From Octopus bimaculoides (lineage: Eukaryota), in assembly GCF_001194135.2 (NCBI RefSeq), contig NC_068983.1, positions 95,198,345-95,230,456 on the forward strand: a stretch of 32,112 nucleotides of DNA, in the 5' to 3' direction. Shown piece after piece: positions 9,630 through 24,698 of the stretch. Position numbers and translations under genes: made by a program. The notes under the pieces were generated by a model, which worked only from the letters and a program-made list of their open reading frames with translations, did no database searches and was not told where the DNA came from. Each line of letters starts with the position of its first letter. Position 1 is the stretch's first letter.

Positions 9630-11892
9630 TGTTACCGTTAAAGTCTATAATTCAGTTATCTCATGGAATAACTAGGTATTTCATGAATTACCTGGCTGAA
9701 TCAGTTAAAGTGTATAAAATTATTACATTCTACAATTTAACTAGTTATTTTATAGACTAACTAGTTGTTTTATAAAATAACCGATAAGTAGTTAAAGTCT
9801 TTAGAAAATATTGCAAAAACGTTATGTAAAACCTTCCATTTATTTTCAATAAAAAAAATTCCTGCTTGTTAAAAAATACTTACTTTTAACAAACTCTTAT
9901 TATAAATAAAATATATTACAAAAACTTTATCCAAAACATTCATTTTATTTTTAATTATCTATTAGAAAAAGGATTGCTGTGTTGGCACTTAGAATTACAC
10001 TGCATATTATTTTTGAAGCAGGCACACTTTTTAGTATCACACCGTGTTTTGCACGAACACTTTTTAAATCCTTGTCCAGTGCCGGTACTTTGAGCTGTAG
10101 CAACAGACCGAAGTAATGTCTCAATACTCGGAACTTCTTCAATAGAAATTAATTCTTGCTAATACACACTGAACTGAGACCGAGAGTACAGCTGTTTGAT
10201 TCGGCCATTCCTTGTTCCTAACCGGAAAAATCCATAGCTAAAATAGATCTGGTGTCTTCTCTTCCTCTGTCAACTAGATGTACAGGAATACGCACTGTAA
10301 TGCCTACAGATACCTCAGAATAAGATTTGTTAGACATTAATTTCATTTTCTTAGCCTGAGTTTCTAGACATTCTTTAGCTGCTTGTCTTTCTTTCTCCAT
10401 ATTTATTTCATTTAAACACAACCTGCAGGTCTTCTGAGCAATTTTGTCTTCTGAGTACCAGACTTCTGAGCATGACACATAGATAGGCTTCTCACATATC
10501 TTGCAAAATAGGTTGTCTTTCCAATTTTTTGAACACACAACAGACACTTTCCCAGTTTGATTCGATGTTTCTTCGACGGAAACGGCATCATTATGTTCGG
10601 AAGATACAGTAATAGCAGTCAAGGCATTTTCAAATTGTTGTTCATCCTCCACTGATTCAAACACTTCCCTTGGAATAGGAGTTGTGGATAGTTCAACTCT
10701 AGGAGCACAGCCAAACAGCTTCGTAAGGCGTTCTCTTTATACCAGAATGAAGCGCTCTGTTTTTGATGAATTGAATAAATTTAATCTTATGCCTGCATGA
10801 AGTGGACTGGTTGTCTTGCATCCAAGTTAGTTATTAACATATTTTCCATGTCTTGGTTGGCCCTCTCAACGCTACGTTGACTCTGACTTTGCCTTGGTTT
10901 ACCATGTACGATTTTAAGCTCCGGCCAAGTTATTTTCAAGTCGTCTATAAGTTTGTTACAGAATTTCCTGCCGTTGTCGCACTGCAGATTACATGGAGCA
11001 CCAAGCAGTAAAAATATATCGAGCAGCTGCGTGATGACTTCTGCCCTCTTTGTTTGAGGAGGTCTTAAAACTGCAAATGTCGTTAAGAGGTCTTTGTAAA
11101 CTAAAATAAATTTAGTTTCCATCAGGTTGAGACTGAAAATCTACTTGACATCTCGAACTGAGATGCGAAAATACCATGGGCTTAACCACAATCCCTTTCC
11201 TTCCCTTATTTCTTTTTTGTTGTCAAGGTTCACAAACACTTAAAAATAACTTTATTTCGTTCTGAGTAATGTTTTTATATCGACGATTGAGTTCTTTTAT
11301 CATACAGTCTCTACCGCCATCTCCAATAGATATATGCGTTTCGTATAAAATATCGAACAGTGCATCGCTTGAACAATAAAATACGACATCAGGCTTTGCA
11401 TCTGTCACCGGCACAATTAATTTTTCTACTCCTTGAACTTCAAGAACGTCATAACACTTTATTAACCAATAGTCACATGGTACTTTTTTGTATGCTATTT
11501 TAGCATTCCTTACTTTTGCTATCAAACTTAACAACTTTTTACGAGTAAGCGTTAGCACGGTTTTCTTTTTTCTTTTGTCTCACGCTTATTTAACAAAGAT
11601 TTAAATCGCTCTTGCATTACGTCTTTTCTATTTATCTGTTCATCTCTCACCCCTTCCAGACTCATACTCAACCTGACGGCTACCAACAGATTAAGAGGGC
11701 TAGGAAATACAGTATAACCGGTGCAAAGAACGTTCTTTAAAACTTCAACGATAAGGCAATCGTTATTCTATAAAATATCTAGTTAAATTGTAGAATGTAA
11801 TAATTTTTACACTTTAACTGATAAAGCCAGGTATTTCATGGAATACCTAGTTATTCCATGAAATAACTGAATTATATGCTTTAACGGTAACA
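9630..11892 (-). mobile_element. Ginger-type (probably Ginger2/Tdd) DNA transposon with both TIRs and a disrupted integrase-like ORF
   Basis: TIRs at 9630-9761 and 11762-11892 have about 10 differences in ~132 bp by manual alignment. Termini are TGTTA...TAACA; 4-bp flanks are TATA/TAAA. The minus-strand ORF resembles SCAND3/KRABA2-type integrases. Confidence 0.8.
9955..11558 (-). pseudogene. Ginger-type DDE integrase/transposase pseudogene
   Basis: Pieces in order: zinc-binding region (YETHISIGDGGRD...CEP*QQK), RCQVD, FILVY, GAPCNLQCDNGRKF, HGKPRQSQSQRSVERANQD, a Cys cluster (CSK..CKICEKPIYVSC...CRLC) and a terminal GQGFKKCSCKTRCDTKKCACFKNNMQCNSKC ending at stop 9955. Several stops and frameshifts. 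Confidence 0.85.
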
Positions 11893-12239
11893 TAAATATT
11901 TATTTATACATAGATACACATTTTCTGAAGTTTGCAAGGGACAGCAAGTTCAGTTTATGCAAAATCTGCGCTTTTACAACGTATTTGAAACATTCCGTGC
12001 AAAAAATACGAATGCAATCTACAAATATTGTTACGTCATAATCACTTGTGACGTAATTTTATATATCATGTGATCGACCGAGCTATCAGATGTTGTTATA
12101 CTTCGCTGATTACGATGCGCTTTGTATCGCTTTAAATTTTGAATAATGCCACTTGGCTGGCTAGACGAGTAGGCTAGCACTCGCCTTTATCGGATGGTTA
12201 GACCTCTGCAGTGTTGTTCATTTACAGCAGAGTGGACTG

Positions 12240-12345
12240 GAGTAAAGTAAAATGAAGTGTTTTGTTTAAAAACACAACGCATTGTCTTTCTGGGAAGCCA
12301 AACTACGATCTCACGATCGCGAGTTCAACTTAACGTGTTGTATAT
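12240..12345 (-). mobile_element. highly decayed SINE head
   Basis: AAATGAAGTGTTTTGTTTAAAAACACAACGC...ACTACGATCTCACGATCGCGAGTTC loosely parallels the 5' end of the SINE at 2010-2097. Confidence 0.35.
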
Positions 12346-12350
12346 ACTGA

Positions 12351-12515
12351 TTTGCTATTCTGGCACAAGGCCAGCAATTTCGGGGAAGGCGGTAAGTTGA
12401 TTACATCGATCTCATTGCTCAATTGGTACTTATCTGATGATCCCCGGAAGAACGAAAGCAAAGTCGACATCAACGGAATTTGAACTCAGAACGTAAAAAC
12501 GGACGAAATACTGCC
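12351..12515 (-). mobile_element. decayed SINE family B copy lacking its 5' end
   Basis: GCAAAGTCGACATCAACGGAATTTGAACTCAGAACG...GAAATACTGCC aligns with the copies at 6301, 7747 and 22081. Confidence 0.7.
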
Positions 12516-12527
12516 AAAAATAAAATT

Positions 12528-12617
12528 CCGATAAAATAAGTACCGGCCTTAAAAGAAATAAGATTTGCCCCAGCATGACCACAGTCTAATGATTGAAACA
12601 AATAAAAGATAAAAGAT
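12528..12617 (+). mobile_element. 3' end of SINE family C
   Basis: ATAAGTACC...CCCCAGCATGACCACAGTCTAATGATTGAAACAAATAAAAGATAAAAGA matches 28075-28197 and the reverse complement of 28945-29060. Confidence 0.65.
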
Positions 12618-12619
12618 AG

Positions 12620-13593
<974 letters not shown>

Positions 13594-15315
13594 ACTAAAC
13601 ATCTAGCTAGGAAATATGATCATGTTGGTGCTTTCTTCTGCATTCCTTTCGCAAAACTCCCTTACTTGTGCCTTATCTTTCATCCCACATCTACGTCACC
13701 TCTATCGTTTCCTACTTCTCCTTTCACTACTTTTCCCTCCTCTATTATCTCTCGCTATTAATATATTCTCTTTGCTGCTTCTTTTGCAGCAGCCAAGCAC
13801 GTTATCGCTCGCAGTCGCTGCCACTGTTTGTTGTTGCTGCTGCTGCTAACCTTCGGATCACCGATGATCCGTCCCGGAATATTTATGTTAATCGAAGCTG
13901 ATCTCTGCATATTAGCGACATCAGGTTACAGGAAAATATATTCGGTTTGTACTTTAAAACGCCTGCTGCAGCAGCAGCAGCAGCAGTAGCAGCAGCAGCG
14001 CCACCACCATCAACAACAATAACTACATCAACAGCAGCAGCAGTAACACCAGCAATAACCATGAAGACAACGTCAGCAAAAGCGAAGTAGCGAGGAAACA
14101 TCTACGTGGTCTCTCGGCCCGTTAAAAACAACAGCCAAATCTTCTGCGTGTATCACCTACAGTCTTGAAAAAGTGAACGGGTTTTTGGATAATGTAATAC
14201 TAGATATGCTATGTTTGAATATTAGACTGGATGCTCGTGGCTGGAACGTGTTTGATCGTAGATTAACTCAATGTAAGATAACCTGGGAGATCTTTTCTGC
14301 TTGGTTGTCAGCGGCTGCCAGCGGCAATTCCCTGTTCGAATTGATTTCATATTCAGTGTAATGATACCCTATTATAGGCTAATAAACGATGTGAAAGTAA
14401 TTTTCGCTATAAATCAATAAATAAAGAGTAATTAGTAATTAAAGTTTGAAAATTTTGGTAATTTTAGCCAATCGTAAGCCACAGACACATTCATGGCTGT
14501 TTAGATAGTAAGAAGCGGAACAGGAGAATCCTTTTGTCTCTCAACGTGCCTGTTGCTATAGTAATAAGCGAATCTGGGCAGTCTTTGAAAAGTCTTTTAT
14601 CTGTCAGGAAGCATGTGTTGGCAAATTTGACGCTGTGTTTTGTGTTCTGTGTTGACGACAAAATGTGCAGTCACGCACAAAATGACAGCTTCCAATCCTG
14701 TTTCCTGACTGGGTGAAAATGATCAAACTTTAAACGTCTTTAACTTTTTAAAAGCTTTCTGGAAAAAAAAAATGAAATAACTCCAGCAGTTCAGTTTGGG
14801 CAAGTGTATTATTGTGGCAAATTTTAAAATTTTCGGTAAACTTTAATTTTTGGAGCCGATGGCAACCAAACAGAAAGGATCCAACTTGGGTCATAACAAC
14901 AACAACAACAGCAGCAGCAGCAACACCAGTAAACAACAATAAAATCAGTAACAACTTAACAATATCAGCAACAACAACGACGACAACAACAACAACAGCA
15001 TCAGTAACAGCATCAATAACAGACACTATGGTACAGCTGCAGGAACTGAACAACAATATTCTTATGAACATCTCACCGTCAACTAGAAAAAAAAAATCAC
15101 ATCGCCGTCGTCATCATCGGCATCCTTCTCCACTTGCTCATTCTTACCATCAGCATCTTCCTCCTTCCATCACTATCAAATTGCCCTTTCTCCTCTTCCT
15201 CTTTCTCTTCCTCCTCTTCCACTACCGCCACCACCACCGTACCAACATATTCTTCATAATCATCGTCACTGTTGTTTATTTACATCTGTAGACAGCAAAA
15301 GATTAAGAACGTTTC

Positions 15316-15360
15316 TATGCGTGTGTGCATGTCCGTGTGTGTCTATGTCTGTGTGTGTGT

Positions 15361-15396
<36 letters not shown>

Positions 15397-15882
15397 ATGT
15401 TTGTCATGGTGTGTCGTAAGGAGGCGAGGTGACCCAATAGCTGTTTCCTTTTGTTCACTTTATTAAATTAGTGTGACGGCATGATTGTCACGACTCTTCA
15501 TCTCGACTTAACTCATCATCACTCGTTGAGTTTTGTATTTACACACGCACGTACACACACACACACGCACGCGCGCGCACACACACACACGCACGCACAC
15601 ACAGACACACACAGGCCCTCCACACACATACATATGCACATGCACACACACACTTTCACACACATGCATATATTCACACATTCACGCACAATGTTTTTAT
15701 TACGTATGTACAAATTTTATCTGAATTTCACGTGTGTGTGTCTGTATGCAAGTATGTTTATATGAATTTGTATGTATGTATGTGCTTATATGTATGCATA
15801 TATGTATGCATATATGTATGCATATATGTATGCATATATGTATGCATATATGTATGCATATATGAATATCTATCTGTCTATG

Positions 15883-15921
<39 letters not shown>

Positions 15922-15977
15922 ATACATAAATGCATGCATACAGACAGACAGACAGACAAACTGACAGACAGACAGAC

Positions 15978-16020
<43 letters not shown>

Positions 16021-16052
16021 CAGACATATATATACATACATGTGTGTGAGTG

Positions 16053-16126
<74 letters not shown>

Positions 16127-16142
16127 TATATACATACATACA
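15316..16142. repeat. compound microsatellite block: (TG)n, (CA)n, 12-mer TATATGTATGCA about x6, (TATC)n, (CAGA)n, (GATA)n
   Basis: Directly visible. Confidence 0.9.
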
Positions 16143-16820
16143 TGGTGCTAAATAAAAAGAATGATGTTGCCATTAGCCTGGTACGTCCTTCACTTTCGAG
16201 TTCTATGCAACAAGCGAACATAAAGCGTCTGGCGCTGGGAATATTGCCTGACGCCCACTCCAAGCCTTTAATTGACGCAGTGTCGACCAACTGGACGATA
16301 CGTTTGGCAGAACTCCTACGTTGCCTTTCTATAAATGGGATTAGCGTGGGATTTAGAAACGAAATCAAGGAGAACCAACTAGCTAAACTGATCCGGAGTA
16401 TTTTTAGTCCACTGTTTACGGATAACTTCTGAAGATCTCTGACCTGCTATTGGTGAATTCGATAGGCACGAAAATGCTGTTAATCAAGCCTGTCCAAGAT
16501 GCAGACTAAATGATAAGACCGTTTTGGACACATTTGTTCCGAGCATTGTTGTCTCGTGAACGCATGTCGAACAGACGTTGATACATAAAAAACGAATTCA
16601 GTTATCGGCCAAGTTTCTAGTTGCAGATTGACATGTTGGCTTCCTTTGTCCGGAAGAGCAGATAGTTTTCCTGTGTCAAGTGGTAATGACGGAAGAGGTT
16701 GTGTATTGGACTCTTTGATCATGTCCTCATCCAATCCTTCAAATTCGACTTGGAAAGAAAGGTGTGAATGTAGAGGGAAGTGCTACCCTCCATTAAATTT
16801 GTTTGTGTGAGTGGCCATCA
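16143..16820 (+). mobile_element. old Tx1/L1-like LINE, ORF2 C-terminal fragment
   Basis: ENQLAKLIRSIFSPLFTDNF*RSL...NQACPRCRLNDKTVL...HVEQTL..RIQLSAK...IVFLCQVVMTEEVVYWT parallels the better-preserved C-terminus at 19103-19446. Confidence 0.65.
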
Positions 16821-16999
16821 TAATCAAATACATTTCTCTCCGAATACATCTGTAAGTTGAGAAATATAGATGATAGAGTGAAATTACATTTGATAGTCAA
16901 GATCTTCCTAAGTTCGTAGGGTTTGTTGTTTGGCCTCCGGGCTCATGTTCATCCAATAGGAAGAACATGAACGTGGATTATACCGATTATAATACCGAA

Positions 17000-18400
17000 T
17001 TATACCGTTATACCCTAGCAGGGCCTTCCTACCGCTGGTGAAGTATAATCTTTAGACATAAATGATCTTTTCAAAAAATATCTCGCTCATTAGTGTCAGT
17101 GGACTACTAGATTAGACATACACAAGGATTGTGCAGTAGTAACTGATCTAAGAGTTGGGTACAAAAGTCTTGCAAACCTGTTCATGCAGTTCCAGTTGTT
17201 TGATAAGTACCTCCTGGATTTCATGTAAACAACAATGAGGGCAACTGCATTGGGTCATCCAACTCGTACTTGCAGTTGTCATTAGATTAACTAATGGTAA
17301 AATGTATGTTATCCACAGTTTCGAGTAATTAGCTACATAGACAACAACTTCATGATACTTAGAGTCAATATAGACCAGACTAATGAAGATCGTTCAGAGT
17401 ACTAGAAACTAATACTGACTTTCCTGTCACGGAAAGATATCAGGGCCGGATTCACGAATTAGTTAAACGGAAAATGAAGTGCGCCATTGTTAATAACACG
17501 TGCTGGGTGTCACTAAAATGGAAAAGTATGATAATTTGTTAAGTTTAGCAAAAATATAACAATAAATAACAATATTAGATAGATAACCAGTCAACCGATT
17601 AAAAGAGGCGAACAGAAAAGACATCGCTTACAGTGTACTTCAGATAAGAATGGCACAACGAGAGGGTACGAAAGCCGTTCTATCGGACAAAATGACAGGA
17701 ATATTTTGTGACATTAGAGGCGTATTCAGTCTTTAGCAGACTGTTGCTGTTGTGCGCTATTTGATTCCAGGTAGTACAGATTTTCAACGTCATTCTTCCG
17801 GGCTGTCCCCGATGAGAGACCAATTGAAGATGGTGAACTTCGATGCTTATCTTATCACCCAGTCGTATACCTCGACGGAAAACGCATAGTGCTACGCGCA
17901 ACCAATTTCAGCAAATAAATAGCAGATGTGTTGAGAAATTGTACAATGGGTAAATTGCCAGGATTGGATGGTCTACCCTACAAATTTTATTGTTGCTTGT
18001 CAGACTTGTTCGCTATTGTCTTGGTAGTTGTTTATGGCAGCTGGTAGCAGAAGAAGAGTGTTCCAAGTCATGTGAATAGAGGAGTGGTGACGCTGCTGAG
18101 GAAGAACTCTAACAAGAGGAACATAAAAGATTCCTTCAGACTATAACTCTGCTCAACAGAGAACAAAATATCTTGTCAAGGATCTTTGCCAAATGGTTGG
18201 TTCTTTTTGTTGATAGTAGTGCGATTCCTGGTAAATTTATCTACAACTTTCCCTCCCGCTGTATATTGTCGAGCTGGTTAGCACCGGATTTTGCATTGGT
18301 TGGGCTCTGATCAGTTTAGATTAGTCTGAATCGTACGAAGAGTCGACCGTTACTAACATGCTGCTTTTCTGAGCAGAACCGGTTTCTGAATGAAAGCGAG
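17000..18400 (+). mobile_element. old Tx1/L1-like LINE, APE end through RT N-terminal half
   Basis: Frameshifted motifs: SRSLV, KSLANLFMQFQLFD, SYIDNNF, EY*KL, CAIVNNTCW, GKLPGLDGLPYKFY, RGVVTLLRK, ITLLN, ALISLD*SES. These parallel the minus-strand copy at 24.7-25.5 kb and L1-type RT motifs. Confidence 0.75.
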
Positions 18401-18821
18401 CAGAACGGATCTATCGTCCATGTCTACTAGGTTCAGCTACTGGTATTTCTGTATCCGTGAAACTGTCCCGAACAGGTAATGCCCATAACGACACTTCGAA
18501 ACCGAAAACTTTTGAAATATTCAAAATCTTCGAATTAACTTTCTCCAGAAGAGACTATTCAAATTGTTATGTCTTTCCTTCTTACTCGATTTAGTCATCT
18601 CACACTTATATTATTTTAGTACTTCCAACTTTTCTTTCTCTTCCTAACAACTTTTCTCGTGAATAGTTCCCTTCCCGAGCACTCACCTCCCACTCAAAAG
18701 AAATTCTTTGTCATCACCTATCAAACTCCACCACGCTCATCGATTTAAGAAAATAATTTTCTCAATCCTTCAAGTACATATTCCAAAACACCAAAACGGC
18801 ATGCGGACTTGAAATCTTCAC

Positions 18822-19102
<281 letters not shown>

Positions 19103-20089
19103 CTTACGTCGAACAACTGCTATCGCGTGTGGGACGAGTCGGTCTATCAGCCGAGTCTATCGTGAATATTGTCGCGCCTCCTTCCTTTAAATGGGAAGGA
19201 AGAGCTATTTTCATCGTACTTGTGGCTATGGCGAAAGAATGTATATGGTGGACGCGTCTGAAAGGTCTAGAGACAAAGACTTTCCTCTCTGGGCAATCTC
19301 TCATCAACTTCTTCAAATATCATCTGAAGAGGAAGGTGAGAGTAGAAAGGGAAGTCTTGTCTAGTGAATGCTTCAAAAAGAGATGGGTGAATGTAGCAAG
19401 GATGGCACGTGTGAATGACGGAGCCATCTTGAGCATAACCCTATGAACTAGAAAAAATCCAGGAAAAAAANNNNNNNNNNNNNNNNNNNNNNNNNNNNNN
19501 NNNNNNNNNNNNNNNNNNNNNNNNNNNNNNNNNNNNNNNNNNNNNNNNNNNNNNNNNNNNNNNNNNNNNNNNNNNNNNNNNNNNNNNNNNNNNNNNNNNN
19601 NNNNNNNNNNNNNNNNNNNNNNNNNNNNNNNNNNNNNNNNNNNNNNNNNNNNNNNNNNNNNNNNNNNNNNNNNNNNNNNNNNNNNNNNNNNNNNNNNNNN
19701 NNNNNNNNNNNNNNNNNNNNNNNNNNNNNNNNNNNNNNNNNNNNNNNNNNNNNNNNNNNNNNNNNNNNNNNNNNNNNNNNNNNNNNNNNNNNNNNNNNNN
19801 NNNNNNNNNNNNNNNNNNNNNNNNNNNNNNNNNNNNNNNNNNNNNNCTCTACATTGTATTTGTCCTATCTTTTTACACGAGAACATTACTGTGTGATACA
19901 CGATCCCTATTGATCAGTTTTTTTTTCTCGATCCCTTTTGATCGAACTCCCCCCTTTTTCCCTTCCTACGATCCCTTTTGATCGACACACCCTTTTTTTT
20001 TCTCTCTTTCCTTCCCCCTCCAAAAAAGAAAAGCTCTACATTGTATTTGTCCTATCTTTGTTGAGCCCTGTGTGGCTAATAAAAGAAAT
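19103..20089 (+). mobile_element. 5'-truncated Tx1/L1-like LINE 3' end (ORF2 C-terminus and 3' UTR, spanning gap 19471-19846)
   Basis: Open frame [20 protein letters not shown]...[14 protein letters not shown]...RWVNVARM...SITL* stops at 19446. A pyrimidine-rich UTR follows the gap, with AATAAA at 20078-20083, then (TATC)n. Continuity across the gap is assumed. Confidence 0.7.
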
Positions 20090-20090
20090 G

Positions 20091-20124
<34 letters not shown>

Positions 20125-20166
20125 ACTATCTATTTCTTTGCTTGTCTGACTATCTATCTATATGTA

Positions 20167-20256
<90 letters not shown>
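20091..20256. repeat. (TATC)n, (TG)n, (AG)n microsatellites
   Basis: Directly visible. Confidence 0.95.
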
Positions 20257-20259
<3 letters not shown>

Positions 20260-20551
20260 TAGGGGCAGAGTTCAAATAATTGTGGAGACAGAATAGTGGA
20301 TTATAACAACTTCAGTTCTTTATTTCTATGTCATTGACTGTGGAATTCGAGCTCAAAACATATTTTAGACAAAATAATGATAATTATATTCGTTAATAGA
20401 CATTACATAATACTATATACATATTTTCACACACACATATATTATATTAATCTTAGTTTTTGTGTTATAATAAAAAGGATTTTACATTAAATTAAAGGAC
20501 TACTCAATACATTTGGTAGAGCACCAATTTATTATTTAAAAAGAATAGTAC

Positions 20552-20640
20552 TGACAGTGACTTCGAAGTTTCGAGCAGATAAACCATCATCGAATAGTCA
20601 TGTAATAGCTTAGCTGACCGAAACTTCGAAGTCACTGTCA
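20552..20640. repeat. inverted repeat with perfect 22-bp arms and a 45-nt spacer
   Basis: TGACAGTGACTTCGAAGTTTCG (20552-20573) is the exact reverse complement of CGAAACTTCGAAGTCACTGTCA (20619-20640). Imperfect extension on both sides. Confidence 0.9.
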
Positions 20641-20687
20641 TTATCATTCTTGTTACAGAATAATATATATCTTCTTAAATAATAATC

Positions 20688-21012
20688 AGATGAATGCTGA
20701 AAGCCTAATCATCGCTGCCCAAGATCAGGCATTGAATACTAAACTCAGTGGAAAAGGATGTATACCACACAAGTGCAACGAACCTTTTCAGAATGTGTGG
20801 GAAGAGGGTTGAAAGTGTGACTCACATTGTTAGTGCTTGTGAAACTCTTGCACAGAAAGAGGACAAGCGCAGATACGACGAAATGGCCCCAAAATATAGA
20901 AGTCCGCACACATTTTACGCCGTGTACTGTCCATGAGATGAGGACCTGCTGTGACCCTAGGGTCAAGGAATGACCCCGGTTTAGCAGAAGACAACGGACT
21001 ATATTTTATTTT
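20688..21012 (+). mobile_element. internally deleted R4/Dong 3' fragment
   Basis: ESLIIAAQDQALNTK...RMCGKRVESVTHIVSACETLAQKEDKRRYDEMA jumps to AHILRRVLSMR*, then a 3' UTR and TAA tail. The RLE catalytic core is missing. Confidence 0.75.
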
Positions 21013-21029
21013 AAAAATAATAATAATAG

Positions 21030-22012
21030 TATAGACCATTGTATAAGTAGTGAAAGGAGAACGCGTGCCGAGTATTTGATAATGATGAAGACCTGCCACA
21101 ATATGCTGGAAAAGATATGGGTGTAAATGCAGATGAAATGATGGACAAGGAAGAGTTTAACCAAAGAGCTGAGGAGAAAAGAAATGAGAATGCGTGGACA
21201 GTTTGAAAGGAATACATAGAACGTTAAGAATAATACAGCATCGTGAGCATGGCTTGAGCGAGATGATTTAAAGCGTACCACCGAAAGCCTGATCATTGCT
21301 GCACAAGACCAGGCTCTCGCTACCAAGTTAGTGAAGTATAACATCTATAAAACTTCTGACACCCAGAAATGCAGACTCTGTTGAAAGAGTGTGGAAAATG
21401 TGACCCACTTGGTAAGTGGATGTGAGAGCCTTGCACAAAAAGAATACAAGCACCGCCACGATAAAGTGTGTGTGTATTTTCATTGGCTCTTGTGCCGTAA
21501 ATACTTATATGAAGTAACAGAGAACTGGTTTGAGCTTGTACCAAGTAAAGTTATGCAGGAGATACTCTGGGACTATGATTTTCAGACGGATCGTGTAATC
21601 GAACACCGTCGGTCGGATATTGTCATACTGAATAAGAGAGACAAATAATGTCAGATCATTGATGTAGCCATACCAAAATGCATGAATGTTGTGAGCAAAG
21701 AGATTGAAAAAATCACCAAGTACTCCAAACTGAAAGTGGAAATGGCAAGACTGTATGGAATGCGAGAGAGTAATGTAAAAGTGATACCAGTGGTGATCAG
21801 AACGTTGGGCTCAATTTCATTGAAACTTCAAAACTTCTTTAGGCAACTGGAAATCCCATGCAAGATTGATGTTTTGCAAAAAGCAGCCTTATTGGGCACA
21901 ACGCACATCTTAAGGAAAGTATCATCTGTCTGAGGTCCTTGTTGTGACTTGACAGATGATTAAAGACACCGGTGCATTTTTACCTACACTGTGTTACGAA
22001 GGAATAATACTA
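21030..22012 (+). mobile_element. 5'-truncated R4/Dong-clade element (CCHC knuckle, RLE, 3' UTR)
   Basis: TESLIIAAQDQALATK, KCRLC*KSVENVTHLVSGC, QKEYKHRHDKV, WDYDFQTDRVIEHRRSDIV, KEIEKITKY, AALLGTTHILRKVSSV*. Short (TAA)n before it; (TAATAC)/(TAA)n after it. Confidence 0.9.
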
Positions 22013-22080
22013 ATACTAATACTAATACTAATAATAATAACAATGATAATAATAACAATAATAATAATAATAACAACAAT

Positions 22081-24698
<2,618 letters not shown>

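Noticed and set aside
12433-12470. CTGATGATCCCCGGAAGAACGAAAGCAAAGTC
   Set aside because: Explained as mutated SINE B core; no stems form.
14812-15291. 159-aa Thr/His-rich ORF
   Set aside because: Built from imperfect CAA/GCA/CAT/CTC repeats with no recognisable domain. The other frames are closed or equally low-complexity.
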